A stretch of DNA of 61,568 nt, counting the filler, from an uncultured Rhodopirellula sp. (GTDB taxonomy: Bacteria > Planctomycetota > Planctomycetia > Pirellulales > Pirellulaceae), in the NCBI GenBank assembly GCA_964007735.1. It is 5 parts of 5 records of this genome, joined end to end, with 100 filler letters (N's around TTAATTAATTAA, not from the genome) between each part and the next. Parts side by side here need not be neighbours in the genome. Positions count along the whole stretch, not along the records: positions 13,000 to 25,284 come from CAXGAI010000081.1; positions 25,385 to 37,556 come from CAXGAI010000082.1; 3 more parts are not named here. One strand, written 5' to 3'. The translations under genes and the position numbers were made by a program. Each line of letters opens with the position of its first letter. The first letter of the stretch is position 1. The notes under the pieces are model-generated. The model ran no database searches. It worked only from the letters and a program-made list of their open reading frames with translations, and was not told where the DNA came from. Below are positions 20,501 through 28,819 of this stretch, one piece after another.

Positions 20501-20887
20501 CGTGATACCTGACTTTTCCTCGGGCCATGGCAAGCCCATTTCAACCCAGCGTGTAAGATCAACGACCTGTGCACTGGTGAGTTTTTCTTTGGGGGGCATT
20601 TTTAGAAATTCATCATGCTTGATAGCGCTGATGAGGAGACTTTCTGTTGGTTTCCCAGGCTTGGCGGCGGGTCCGAATTCACCCCCCGTAAGAAATGCCT
20701 CCCTAAACTCGACGCTAAAGCGACTTTCAGGTTCTTCCCCGGAGTGGCAGTCCTGGCAGTGAGTCACTAGTACTGGTCTGACCTTGGTCTCAAAAAACGC
20801 GATGTCTTCCGCGCTAAACCGTTCTTCACCAACGACAGTAGCTGTCGCTAAGAGGAAACACGTAATTGCAAAAAGCTTGTGAATCAT
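17513..20887 (-). CDS. Planctomycete cytochrome c / PSD1 (DUF1549 + DUF1553) protein with an internal CBM6/35-like insert
   Basis: CQDCH and CARCHDHKFDP heme motifs; LIRRATFDLTGLPP, YGERWGRHWLDVARYADSNG, HPELLDYLA. Confidence 0.92.
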   Translation of the reverse strand: MIHKLFAITCFLLATATVVGEERFSAEDIAFFETKVRPVLVTHCQDCHSGEEPESRFSVEFREAFLTGGEFGPAAKPGKPTESLLISAIKHDEFLKMPPKEKLTSAQVVDLTRWVEMGLPWPEEKSGITANIGQSSDALTAKFTEEQKTYWAFQPPKRSSLPAVNNNNWPQTPIDYFILAKLEAANLIPATQSNKRTLIRRATFDLTGLPPTPEEISTFVSDDSPDAYSNLIDRLLGSPRYGERWGRHWLDVARYADSNGLDENLSYEFAYQYRDYVIRAMNLDKPYGEFVKEQIAGDLMPQLSDKLAAEDRRRATGFLAIGPKMLAEDDPVKMQMDIIDEQVNTLGQAFMGLTLGCARCHDHKFDPIPTADYYSLAGIFKSTKSMENYNVVADWYEHPLLSPTASAKLKQLTDEIAAARAEQNKLNRSVVEIVENELQHRADRYLLAARAVGSLDEAITAGGITVHKKQDEPFTVTNGYLAVEAEAAHRTTLSILSASYGKEIGIVGSGGDGGYAEFDILVNTPGTYTLEIRYAALDSRSIGVKLDDQMIADNILGKVTGSWFPDTQTWVAEVEFELTQGQHVLKLDSPKVYPHIDKLALVLQPEADIWPFDTPAPPSLTTAGREHDINPTFLSSWLWYLGSLTAAKLQTHPFLETWLALVAIEDADFATKAKPKLEELQTEEGLGTKAPPVLKALFAKAPPSSIEDVAILYRRLIVDSHHANKNLGDDAKVIYKEVFDEISKGEFPTSTPNPIPATAYPEDQMEQRQAIAKTINELESQKPVFEIAMGVTEGTPEDIKIHLRGSHITLGRTVPRQMLQIIEGSEQEPITGTQSGRLELANWLAQPQHPLVNRVMANRVWRWHFGTGIVSSVDNFGTLGEQPTHPELLDYLALELTENGGSLKQLHRQIMLSATYQMSTTYSEQGNTTDPENKLLWRFNRRRLTGEEIRDSVLALGPGLDTKMGGTLLKVKNRAYVTGSNTNITDEFDNYRRSVYLPVVRSSVYEVLQALDFPDPAVSNGDRNTTTVAPQALFMMNSSLVDASTLALASSLIASNSSDRIERAYSVIMGRTPNEQEIVDAQAYTQQVTGAASSAGIAIEDAELAAWQSFCRVLLSTNEFFYVE

Positions 20888-21011
20888 ACCATTTATTATA
20901 GTCGACAGTTACATTCCATTCGCCCTCAATCTGAGGTGCTCGTACTTCGTAATGAATCAAGATCTTCGCGTAAATGTCAGAAAAGGGAATGAATCCGTAC
21001 TTCTCTAGAAT

Positions 21012-22739
21012 CTATTTGCGAGCGGGGATGAGCGTGTAAAATCCGATCATCATTTCTTCCCATGTCTGGTCACCCCAGGTTACCCATTTGCTGGGTTCTG
21101 GATTTGCAGGGTTTTCGGCAGAGTTGTCGAAATAGGCGGTGCATTCAATGACGGTGCCCTTTGGGAGGTAGACCGGCTTAGTAAAGCGATATTCATGTTG
21201 CCAATTGAAGTCATAGAAAGGCACACTCAGAAGCGTGCGTTCTCCTCCGTCAGGAAACTTGGCCAGATATTTGAATTCTTTACCTCGTACGTGCATATGG
21301 GGCATCACGGCTAACAACTCTGAATTGGCGTTAATCGTCCGTGTCGCAACTACTTTATGACGAGAGGAATTTGGAGGAATGCGGAAGCTGAAGCTCAGGG
21401 CTGCATCCTGACGCGCGACATGCTCCGGAGGGCTCTTGCAGAACTTCACAGCAAATTCGCTGCAATCCAATTCCTCCTTACCAGTGGGAGTATAGTGCAG
21501 TTGCCAGACTAACTCGTGGCCGGCAGGAAGCCTAATCCCCACTCCTTCAGGAAACATTGTTGGTTCTTCTCCGGGGGCAAAGCCCCCCAAACTTTCCAGC
21601 CGGCGTGTTTGTTTACTACCCTTCGGGCGATGATATACGATGATGTGGTGAACAGCCTTCCAATTGCCCGGTCGAGCCTCTGCGGACTGAATCCAAACGT
21701 CTTCTTCAAAACCCGTTGGTGTGACGAAGTATTGATAGGCGACGGTGCCACTTGCCTGGACTTTGTAGGTTAATGGCATTTTGAATACATGGTCAGGCTC
21801 GCCGATTTGCCATCCATCAGAATATTTTGGATTGGCTGGAATGCTATCCTCATCTCCTTTTGGCATCCCGGCATCAATCCAGGAAGTGAGCATGGTGATT
21901 TCTTGAGGGCTCATGTGTAAGTCATTTTCAAATTTTCCAAAACGTGGATCCGCATTCCAGGGTGGCATCCTCCGCGTGAGAACGGTTTCCTTGATCATCT
22001 CCGACCAGTTACGAGCGTCATCATAATTCAGTAGCGCAAAAGGAGCGGCGGTGTTGTCACGATGACATTTTTGGCAACGTGTTTGAATGAGCTTTGCAAT
22101 ATGGCTCGCGTAGGTAACCTTATTTGTAGTTTCTGTGTTTGATTTGCGAGTAATCAGACAGCCCTCTGGTTCGGTGACGGCAATGGCTGGTGTTTCACCA
22201 GCGAGCAGTTGTTTTAACGCTTCTTCCAGGTCGGCACGTCGTGCTTCAGCTCGCTTGAATCTATAGCCGATGCGGTCATCGATACGGCCGACGTAACGAA
22301 TGTTTCTACGACGGTCGAGGATAAAAGCTTCCGGAGTCCGAGTCGCGCCGAAAATGTCTAGCGCGACTTGCTCTTTATCGATCAGTACAGGTAGTCGCAG
22401 TTTGTAGTTGAGGGCATGTTTCTTGATTTCCTCGGCGGTATCAGACAGGTTCGAATTAATCACGGCAAATTTCACTTTTTGCTTGAGATACTTCTGATTC
22501 AACGCATTAAGTTGTGGAATGTAACTGTTGCCAATGGGGCACTCTGTTCCCAGGAAAACGACCACAAGAAAGTCGACCTCTGGATAATCAGCGAGTGCGA
22601 TTTCCCGGCCGGTTATCGAAGGAAGTACGAAGTTAGGGATTTGACGACCAAGCAGATTCGCCCGCGCTGAATCCTCTGCCTGAAGAGAGGACAGTAGGAG
22701 AGAGGGAATAATTACCAAGGAAGCAAGAAGTGACTTCAT
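21012..22739 (-). CDS. Redoxin + cytochrome c + copper type II (PHM/DBH-like) monooxygenase-fold fusion, secreted
   Basis: Signal peptide; AhpC/TSA-like domain (ECPIG, TPEAFILD, YVGRIDD); CQKCH; VHHII, HY, PHMH, YDFNWQ, EEM. Confidence 0.8.
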   Translation of the reverse strand: MKSLLASLVIIPSLLLSSLQAEDSARANLLGRQIPNFVLPSITGREIALADYPEVDFLVVVFLGTECPIGNSYIPQLNALNQKYLKQKVKFAVINSNLSDTAEEIKKHALNYKLRLPVLIDKEQVALDIFGATRTPEAFILDRRRNIRYVGRIDDRIGYRFKRAEARRADLEEALKQLLAGETPAIAVTEPEGCLITRKSNTETTNKVTYASHIAKLIQTRCQKCHRDNTAAPFALLNYDDARNWSEMIKETVLTRRMPPWNADPRFGKFENDLHMSPQEITMLTSWIDAGMPKGDEDSIPANPKYSDGWQIGEPDHVFKMPLTYKVQASGTVAYQYFVTPTGFEEDVWIQSAEARPGNWKAVHHIIVYHRPKGSKQTRRLESLGGFAPGEEPTMFPEGVGIRLPAGHELVWQLHYTPTGKEELDCSEFAVKFCKSPPEHVARQDAALSFSFRIPPNSSRHKVVATRTINANSELLAVMPHMHVRGKEFKYLAKFPDGGERTLLSVPFYDFNWQHEYRFTKPVYLPKGTVIECTAYFDNSAENPANPEPSKWVTWGDQTWEEMMIGFYTLIPARK

Positions 22740-22792
22740 GATTGATACTTTCGGCGGTTAGGGTGGTGGAGGTGTGAGAAACTTAAGAAAGA

Positions 22793-23884
22793 TCACTTCA
22801 CCGTCGTTAGCCTGGATTGGTGATCGATCTTCATCTTCACTCCGTCCCCGTCCAGAGTGGCTTCCCATGTCTCATTGTTGTTGATGGTCATTTGGAATTG
22901 ATGGCGTTTAAATGCGGACGCCATCTCTTCCTGCAGGCCCATATCCTGAATAGATTTATACAGTCGTTGATGAGATCGCTGCAAGGCCTTCTGCGTGTGA
23001 TAAACGGTCATCAACAGGTCCCGAACCTTGAGTGTGGAATCGGTTGGCGGTTGACCGTGGAATTGTTTGGCGTTCGTGAACCAGACATATCCCCAGCGTT
23101 CGGGGCGATGCATGTCAATGATGCCTTGAGGAGACCAGACCCAGTTGTCCTCACGTTCTCCTTTTATTTTCTGGTATTTGCCATCGACGATTTGATGTTT
23201 CCATTCCACTCGTGAAAAGTTCATTCGCCAGTGGTCACCGTCTTTGGGAGGGGATGATTTGTATGCATATTCGGATAGTACTTCCCATGGAATAGCCACT
23301 TCGACGCTCCAGGATCGATCGGTATCCGAGGGGTCGTTTAGAGTGCCGTTAATATGGACGGCGGTCTTTAAACCTGGGATCTCCCAGCTATTATCCGCAG
23401 GTCCACCGTCTTTATATGGTTTTTTCAAAAATAGATCCCACCCGGTATTTAGGGCATTCATTTCAAATTCGTAATACTCGTGATTGTCACCATCTGGGTC
23501 GATAAAGATTTCGATGTCGTTGTCGTGAAAGATTACACTGTCGTGTTTAGTGAGTGTTCCCCAAACGTGAGGCTCTTCCATAAGGCAGCCAAAATAAAGA
23601 TATTTCTTATCCCAAAGTAGCTTAAAGCGAGTGTCAAACCGAGGTTTTGGCTTTAGGTCACCTTCGATGTCTGAATGAGGCTCAGACCAGCGTGCATTAT
23701 CCCAGGCTCGATCATCAAGCTTGCCGTCAATGGTGAGCCGTCCGGCGGCTCGCGTGGCCACATAGTTTAGCGGAGTAATCTTACGCATCTTCTCCCAGTC
23801 TTCTCTTGTGTCGGCTCCTAAAAATGGCGTCGCAAGTAGGATGAGTAAAAGAGAGAAGACGAGGGTTGTTGAGCGAGTGAGCAT
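22793..23884 (-). CDS. CBM9-like (DOMON-like) family protein, secreted
   Basis: Signal peptide; IDGKLDD..W, LWDKKYLY, DIEIFIDP, WSVEVAIPW, WRMNFSR, MHRPERWG. Confidence 0.8.
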   Translation of the reverse strand: MLTRSTTLVFSLLLILLATPFLGADTREDWEKMRKITPLNYVATRAAGRLTIDGKLDDRAWDNARWSEPHSDIEGDLKPKPRFDTRFKLLWDKKYLYFGCLMEEPHVWGTLTKHDSVIFHDNDIEIFIDPDGDNHEYYEFEMNALNTGWDLFLKKPYKDGGPADNSWEIPGLKTAVHINGTLNDPSDTDRSWSVEVAIPWEVLSEYAYKSSPPKDGDHWRMNFSRVEWKHQIVDGKYQKIKGEREDNWVWSPQGIIDMHRPERWGYVWFTNAKQFHGQPPTDSTLKVRDLLMTVYHTQKALQRSHQRLYKSIQDMGLQEEMASAFKRHQFQMTINNNETWEATLDGDGVKMKIDHQSRLTTVK

Positions 23885-23907
23885 AAATAGTCCTGTCGAA
23901 GCTGGAT

Positions 23908-25284
23908 TTATGACTGTGGGATGTTGATTTCAATTTCTGCGCTGAAGACAGCCGTCGGGTCGTGTCGTTCCCGGAAGGTTTTTTGAATGGTCTCCGTTTC
24001 CCTGGACACCTTATCCTTAAAAAGAATGCCTCCCTCATAGATGACAGTGATCTTCTTGTCAAAATTGATCATGTCGTCGTTGACTCGAATTAAGATCTGA
24101 GAAACATCACTATGTTCAATCGTGAATGTTTGTCCTTCACGTTTCACGCGAATCAATGTCCGACCTTTGGTGTGATCTTTATTTACGGCTAGCCAGTAAA
24201 AACGGCTATGAGTTATGTCGTCCTGGCGCCAAACGATGAGTTCCGGTGTGCTAGTGCGGGTATGTTTTGCCATCCAGGGAACGGCGACTCGATCCTCTAG
24301 ATTCATCCAGTGTCCCTTACCTTCATGTAGTTGGACGAAATTGATATATCCGCCGGGGTCGTTTTTATGAAGTTCCGCGAGCATTGTTTTCCATTCAGCC
24401 GCCTTTTTGTTGCGGTTATATGCTCCATCGAGGGCCCCCATGTGGAGTGTGAATGGAAGGTTCCGCAGTCCATCAGGACGCGTTTCATTTGGATGACCAG
24501 CCATCATTGCTGCTGCGGCCAGACGGTCAGCAAGTCGCGGTGCCAACTGGTACACGCCATCGCCGCCGGCTGAATATCCCATGATATATACGCGGTTGGG
24601 ATTAACATCTTCAAAGAGCACCATGTTTTCAATAACCCGCTGGAAGAAGCTGTCGATATGTCCCTGATGCCAGAGGTTCCATGTGTTCGTAGGTGCCCGA
24701 GGTACGAAATAAACACCCTCCATGGGGCTGTAAAGACGTTTTTGATTTTCGTATTGTCCGTCGTTTACCGCTGCAGGAGCCCCTCCCCCACCGTGCATTG
24801 AAATGAATAGGCTACGTCCATCGGCAGGCTTCTCTCCGTTGACCTTATACCAGAACGGCATCGACAGGTCGCCGATCTTAAGCACCCTGCTCTGATGTTC
24901 TTTTTGACGAGCGTTTCTTTCCGTTTTACTGTAGGTGTCCCAAAGCAAATCTGTATAGTCTCTGGCAGCTTTAGACGTTAGGGGCCCGGTTGTGGTTCGC
25001 GACTCTGTCGCCAAGCAATCGTTCTCATCCGCGCCCGGATCTTCGGTGGCCGCGGTAGGGAGTTTGAAAGTGACCAGTTGGTCCTTGCCCTCCGCTTTGA
25101 ATTTAATGTTTGTATTCTTATTAAGCTTAGCCGTATAAAGTTCACCAACCTTCAAGGGCACGCTGATGTGGTCATTACGATCAAAGCTTTCATCATTAGT
25201 GTGGCCGCTGTAGATTTCCTCGCCAGCCCCATTGGTAATGACCAGAGGAAGCCTGACTCGATCGTTCGTTCCTTCCCGAAAGGC
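23908..25284 (-). CDS. Alpha/beta-hydrolase (PHB-depolymerase/dienelactone hydrolase-like) domain protein, 5' truncated
   Basis: MHGGGG, GYSAGG nucleophile elbow, GH at the catalytic His position. The frame stays open upstream of 25161 to the contig edge. Confidence 0.75.
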   Translation of the reverse strand, partial: AFREGTNDRVRLPLVITNGAGEEIYSGHTNDESFDRNDHISVPLKVGELYTAKLNKNTNIKFKAEGKDQLVTFKLPTAATEDPGADENDCLATESRTTTGPLTSKAARDYTDLLWDTYSKTERNARQKEHQSRVLKIGDLSMPFWYKVNGEKPADGRSLFISMHGGGGAPAAVNDGQYENQKRLYSPMEGVYFVPRAPTNTWNLWHQGHIDSFFQRVIENMVLFEDVNPNRVYIMGYSAGGDGVYQLAPRLADRLAAAAMMAGHPNETRPDGLRNLPFTLHMGALDGAYNRNKKAAEWKTMLAELHKNDPGGYINFVQLHEGKGHWMNLEDRVAVPWMAKHTRTSTPELIVWRQDDITHSRFYWLAVNKDHTKGRTLIRVKREGQTFTIEHSDVSQILIRVNDDMINFDKKITVIYEGGILFKDKVSRETETIQKTFRERHDPTAVFSAEIEINIPQS

Positions 25285-25384
25285 NNNNNNNNNNNNNNNN
25301 NNNNNNNNNNNNNNNNNNNNNNNNNNNNTTAATTAATTAANNNNNNNNNNNNNNNNNNNNNNNNNNNNNNNNNNNNNNNNNNNN
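25285..25384. other. Artificial contig linker
   Basis: N44-TTAATTAATTAA-N44. Confidence 0.99.
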
Positions 25385-25385
25385 G

Positions 25386-25821
25386 CGGCGGCGGCATGGG
25401 CATGGGCGGCGGCGGTATGGGCGGCTTCCAGAACATTGAACCCGGTAAAGTTCGCAAATTCAAAGTGATGACCGTGTGCCTCGAACACGGGAAGAAAGAA
25501 CCAAACCCCCGAGTCAAATACGATATTGTGCCCATCGAGTCATTCACTAAGAAGCCGGAAGTGATCGAACTCTGCCGAATGCTCGGAACAGGACAGATGA
25601 ATCAAAGTGCTGCTCAGGCAGCAGCATGGCATTTCACTGATGGACTCAGCTGGCCAGAATTGGTTCACAAAATTGGTGCGCGGCACCTCAATGGAACCGT
25701 CGATCGCTACTTCCATCCCAATCAGGTTCGACTGGGAATGCAATACGCGAAGGTCGCTTCCCACCGAGCTAAACTACGTCCAAGCCAAGTAGACAAAATC
25801 GAGTCACTTTCCAATCAGTAA
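25386..25821 (+). CDS. Hypothetical protein, C-terminal part after a Gly/Met-rich linker, 5' truncated
   Basis: Starts at the contig edge in GGGMGMGGGGMGG; globular part VCLEHGKKEP...QAAAWH; followed by a terminator. Confidence 0.7.
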
Positions 25822-25841
25822 GTGGACTCTTACAAAACAGA

Positions 25842-25873
25842 AAAATCCCGGCTATCCATGCCGGGATTTTTTT
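25842..25873. terminator. Bidirectional intrinsic terminator
   Basis: AAAATCCCGGC-N-GCCGGGATTTTTTT between convergent genes. Confidence 0.85.
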
Positions 25874-25893
25874 ATGTCGTTATCTTTGTATCT

Positions 25894-26874
25894 TCAGGAT
25901 ATCAATAGCTTGTTGTTCCTAAAAGATCGAATCTGTTCAATGACTTCACGAACGCCTGATTGACGATCTGCCGGCTTCTTTGACATCGCTCGCATCGCTA
26001 TTGTTTCTAACTCCGAAGGAATCACCCGCTTGAAGTCGTTGCGTTGCCTATAGCTGGGGAGAGCAGGCTTTTCGTGAATGATCTGATCGAACGTCTGATG
26101 TACCGTCCGGCCTTTGAATGGAACCTCGAGGCAAAGTAATTCGTATAGCATTACTCCGATCGCCCAAACATCTGTGCGATTATCGACATAGTAATTCCCG
26201 ATGATTTGCTCAGGGGACATATAAAGAGGCGTCCCTGGACGTTGTCCAGTTGCGGTGATACTTTCAGCACGCTCCCGCTGCTCTAATGTCCTGTCTTCAT
26301 TGGGCATTCCCCAAACCTTTGCGACCCCCCAATCCACTAACGACACCTCACCATATTGGCCTACTAGAATATTCTCAGGTTTCAAATCGCGATGGATCAC
26401 TCCATGAGCATGAGCATTGGCCAAAGCATAGCAAGCTTGCAACAAAATTTCGAGTAATCTGTCCAAACTGTAATCTTCCTGCACACCCGGAAAGTCCCAC
26501 TTGAGACGATCCATAATCTGATAAAGGTTGAGTCCCGCAATTCGCTTCATGGTGAAATACAAGTTACCCTCCGGGTCTCTACCAATTTCATAAACTGGAA
26601 TCGTGTTAGGGTGTTGAAGCTGAGCCGAGATCTTGGCTTCCCGCATAAACCGACGACGTTCACGAACGTTGTCCTGCATATGGGTATGAATAGACTTATG
26701 CACAACGATACGCCCAAGTGCATTATCCATGCAGGTCTGTAAAATAGCCTTGCCGCCTTTAGCTAACGGCTTGAAGTCAGAATACTTGGTATAGTCATTG
26801 GTGAAATCAACTGGCAGATCAACATCTGTTAGCGATAAAAATACACTGGGATAGGCATCTTTCTGAGCCTCCAT
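25894..26874 (-). CDS. Stand-alone Hanks-type Ser/Thr protein kinase
   Basis: HPN, HRDLKPEN, DWG, GTPLYMSPEQ, DVWAIG; no TM or sensor domain. Confidence 0.92.
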   Translation of the reverse strand: MEAQKDAYPSVFLSLTDVDLPVDFTNDYTKYSDFKPLAKGGKAILQTCMDNALGRIVVHKSIHTHMQDNVRERRRFMREAKISAQLQHPNTIPVYEIGRDPEGNLYFTMKRIAGLNLYQIMDRLKWDFPGVQEDYSLDRLLEILLQACYALANAHAHGVIHRDLKPENILVGQYGEVSLVDWGVAKVWGMPNEDRTLEQRERAESITATGQRPGTPLYMSPEQIIGNYYVDNRTDVWAIGVMLYELLCLEVPFKGRTVHQTFDQIIHEKPALPSYRQRNDFKRVIPSELETIAMRAMSKKPADRQSGVREVIEQIRSFRNNKLLIS

Positions 26875-26967
26875 CGGAGCTCTCCCGTATCAGCCTCTCT
26901 CTAGACGGATTAACGCAACGCATGAAATTATTCGCTTAACAAGCAGAAAATTCAAGAACACGTCGTG

Positions 26968-27105
26968 TTATGAACGTCTAATAATCCAGAATAAAATCCC
27001 AATCCAGGCAACAAACAATCCGATCGCAATCTTGAGTAGAAGTGGATTAGGTTTAGAAACGACCGGAGCGACGAAATCCGTTTTGGTTTCTTCTTTTTCC
27101 GTCAT
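26968..27105 (-). CDS. Small single-pass membrane protein (45 aa); absent from the ORF track
   Basis: MTEKEETKTDFVAPVVSKPNPLLLKIAIGLFVAWIGILFWIIRRS; GGGAAG upstream; fills the gap in a co-oriented cluster. Confidence 0.65.
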   Translation of the reverse strand: MTEKEETKTDFVAPVVSKPNPLLLKIAIGLFVAWIGILFWIIRRS

Positions 27106-27143
27106 GAATGTGCTTCCCGACCAAAGTCGCCATTGGTAATGGC

Positions 27144-27590
27144 CTAAATGACCAGGTCATCTTTACTATGGATATCAAAGTCCCTGACAAAGACATTATC
27201 AAAATCATAGACACCGGCAAAGTCATCTTTGGAATCCGAATTTGATTTCCGCATCATACCGATATCGATTAAATTATAAACGACTTCTCCAAAATCAAGT
27301 GTCTCTTTAAGGCCCCAGTTATTGAGCACTGTTTTAGCCATAAAACCGAACTGCAAAATGCTGTACTGACGAATCGCTTCACAAAGTTGTTGCCCCGTAA
27401 GATGAGCGTCATCAGGAATATCACCATCTGCTTCCATGGCAGCTGCCAGTACTTGCTGATCAATTTGCCCCAATCCCAGTTCATCGTGTGCATAATTTAA
27501 AGCATTACGAATGAATTCGTACGCTTCCGCTTGATATCGAGTGTCCTTTGCTAACAAATCCAGCAACGGGTGTGAAAACTCACTCATCAT
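27144..27590 (-). CDS. Minf_1886-like conserved PVC protein
   Basis: RY..EAYEF...AL, HLTGQQLCEAIR, FGFMA..VL..WG...T.DFGEVVYNLI, DF..VYDF pattern; start overlaps the upstream stop (ATGA). Confidence 0.75.
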   Translation of the reverse strand: MMSEFSHPLLDLLAKDTRYQAEAYEFIRNALNYAHDELGLGQIDQQVLAAAMEADGDIPDDAHLTGQQLCEAIRQYSILQFGFMAKTVLNNWGLKETLDFGEVVYNLIDIGMMRKSNSDSKDDFAGVYDFDNVFVRDFDIHSKDDLVI

Positions 27591-28744
27591 GTTGATTTAC
27601 CACCTTCAGGATTCTGGTTTGGTTGGTTATCACTACGCCGTCTTCGGCGACGTCTTCTCTTTTTCTTTTTTCCGCTGGCGTGCGGGCCACCCGAAGTATT
27701 CTTTTTATCCTCGGCTCCGGACTCTGACGACCCTTGCTGAGATTTTCTTTGTCCTTTGGGATTCCGGCGGCGTCGACGTCTCTTGCCTTTACCACGACGA
27801 CTTTTGTCATCTTCTAAAAGATCACCCGTCTTCTCATCCGGCGTCAAGTTATCGAGAGCTATCTCAATTTCGTCAGCCTTAGCAGATGCGAGCAAACGCT
27901 GTCCCTCAGCAACCTGCTCTTCGTAATCAGGCGATTGGCGATCGAGAGTCGTCAAGATTTCAGAGACGTGTAGCATGAGCCGACGACCGCTTTCTAATTC
28001 CACTAATAGTTGCTGGCTGAGAATCTCCTGGTTCAGTATTTTCCCTCTGCCGGAACTCGTGATCACTTCGGTACCAGCACGAGGCAAATCTTCTTTCAAA
28101 GACACGTACGTGTCATATTCGTATCGCAGACAACATTTGAGCCTGCCACAGCGTCCCGAAATCTTTGTGGGATCAAGGGTAGCTTTTTGAAGTTTCGCCA
28201 TTTTCATCGAAACCGGCGGCATCTGCATCAAATGCGTGTTACAACAGACAGGTTTTCCGCAATCACCATAATCAGCAAGTAACTTCGCTTCATCGCGTAC
28301 ACCAATCTGACGCATTTCAATTCGCATCTGAAACTCGGCTGCCAGCTCTTTGACCAGTTCACGAAAGTCGACTCGATCTTCCGAAATGTAATAAATGATG
28401 AGACGTTCGCCACCAAATAACTTCTCAACTTCAGCCAGCTCCATCTTTAGTTCAAGTCTGGATACAATTTGCTGGCTACGCTTAAAGTAATCCTTCTGCT
28501 GGTCCTGCAGACGCTTAAGCTCAGCACTATCGTCTAGAGACATCCTTCGGAGGATTTGACCACTCGAAGGATTCTTCATCTGTTTGATAGCGTTCTCGCT
28601 AGCTTCTCGCAGAACCTCACCTGTCTCCAAGCCGCGATTGGTTCTGACGACAACCCGATCGCCACGGGCATATTGATCTTCACTTCGAGTGGCCAATACG
28701 CCGAGCAAACGCATTGATCCATAACGCGTAATATACTTAGACAT
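27587..28744 (-). CDS. ricT: PSP1-domain / RicT (YaaT)-like Fe-S protein with a basic disordered tail
   Basis: RVDFRELVKELA, RIEMRQIGVRDEAK, GDCGKPVCC, ISGRCGRLKCCLRYE; poly-Arg tail. Confidence 0.85.
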   Translation of the reverse strand: MSKYITRYGSMRLLGVLATRSEDQYARGDRVVVRTNRGLETGEVLREASENAIKQMKNPSSGQILRRMSLDDSAELKRLQDQQKDYFKRSQQIVSRLELKMELAEVEKLFGGERLIIYYISEDRVDFRELVKELAAEFQMRIEMRQIGVRDEAKLLADYGDCGKPVCCNTHLMQMPPVSMKMAKLQKATLDPTKISGRCGRLKCCLRYEYDTYVSLKEDLPRAGTEVITSSGRGKILNQEILSQQLLVELESGRRLMLHVSEILTTLDRQSPDYEEQVAEGQRLLASAKADEIEIALDNLTPDEKTGDLLEDDKSRRGKGKRRRRRRNPKGQRKSQQGSSESGAEDKKNTSGGPHASGKKKKRRRRRRRRSDNQPNQNPEGGKST

Positions 28745-28819
28745 ACTCGGACAGAAACCTTCCTATTTGCAAGCACGCGTCGGCTCGGATGTTATATGAC
28801 CACTGGCTCTGAAAGCCAA

